A DNA stretch of 64,000 nucleotides from Carcharhinus amblyrhynchos (taxonomy: Eukaryota). The DNA lies in NCBI GenBank assembly GCA_965287045.1, contig OZ336880.1:10416001-10480000 (forward strand), written 5' to 3'. A model generated the notes under the pieces. That model did not search any database and was not told where the DNA came from. It saw only the letters and a program-made list of their open reading frames with translations. The first letter of the stretch is position 1, and each line of letters begins with the position of its first letter. The position numbers and the translations under genes were made by a program. This document shows positions 63,539-64,000 of this stretch, piece by piece.

Positions 63539-64000
63539 ATGGCTTTTGCAATGCAACCAATCAATCTTGCTGTTCTTGCTGCTGGAGCTGAGGAGGAGGA
63601 ACTGAAGGAAGAATTGCGGGCCCAGGAGGTCTGGGCCTTACCACTTGCAGGACTGGAGAGAGATGACCATCAGAGGCAGGAGGTGGCCGCCATTCACCCA
63701 GAGTGGGGGCATAGAAGAAAGAGGGAGCAGAGACCCCGGTAATTCCATGCACGAGTCTTTCAAGGAAATGTCGGACACTATATATGCCGCAGACGTCTCT
63801 GACTCTGAAAAGATATCATGCGACACCTGTGCAATCTGTTGCAGGACCTGGCACCTAGGGGTGGGTGGGGGTCACCCACTCTCAGTGGCTGTCAGATTGA
63901 AGGCCGCTGTGAACCTCTATGCGACTGGCGCCTTCCAGAGCCTGAGTGGAGATGTCTGTGGCATTTCCCAGTCTTCAGTGCACACCTGTGTAAAGCAGGT
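63539..64000 (+). pseudogene. HARBI1-like transposase N-terminal half, disrupted
   Basis: LSVAVRLKAAVNLYATGAFQSLSGDVCGISQSSVHTCVKQ at the window end; upstream stops and frameshifts. Confidence 0.85.

Larger units (their letters stand above)
62642..64000 (+). mobile_element. PIF/Harbinger transposon left part, running off the window
   Basis: TIR gggcccgattttacc followed by transposase N-terminus. Confidence 0.85.

Overview
Eukaryotic, repeat-dense, apparently intronic or intergenic DNA. The repeat families (HE1/V-SINE-type SINEs, CR1 LINEs with (TTCTTATG)n tails, Deu-domain SINEs) point to a cartilaginous fish, probably a shark (inference). No intact host gene is evident; there are only weak candidate minus-strand exons near 12.2 and 14.3 kb. 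The window holds five young CR1 copies (one near full length with a zinc-finger/esterase ORF1 and an APE-RT ORF2) and two degenerate Ty3/Gypsy elements, one internally inverted and one carrying several nested insertions. It also contains a solo LTR, decayed PIF/Harbinger transposons (HARBI1-like transposase plus spliced Myb/SANT gene) with many MITE derivatives, a foldback element, Penelope-like fragments and many SINEs. The most interesting signals: a U-UUA-AAC-stop plus poly-G recoding-like junction between CR1 ORF1 and ORF2; family-wide loss of the catalytic His in the CR1 ORF1 SGNH esterase; a minimal hammerhead ribozyme; a possible intron with hairpin splice donors in the CR1 5' UTR; and the Gypsy inversion bounded by Harbinger sequence. 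All calls were made by eye, and the boundaries of old repeats are approximate.
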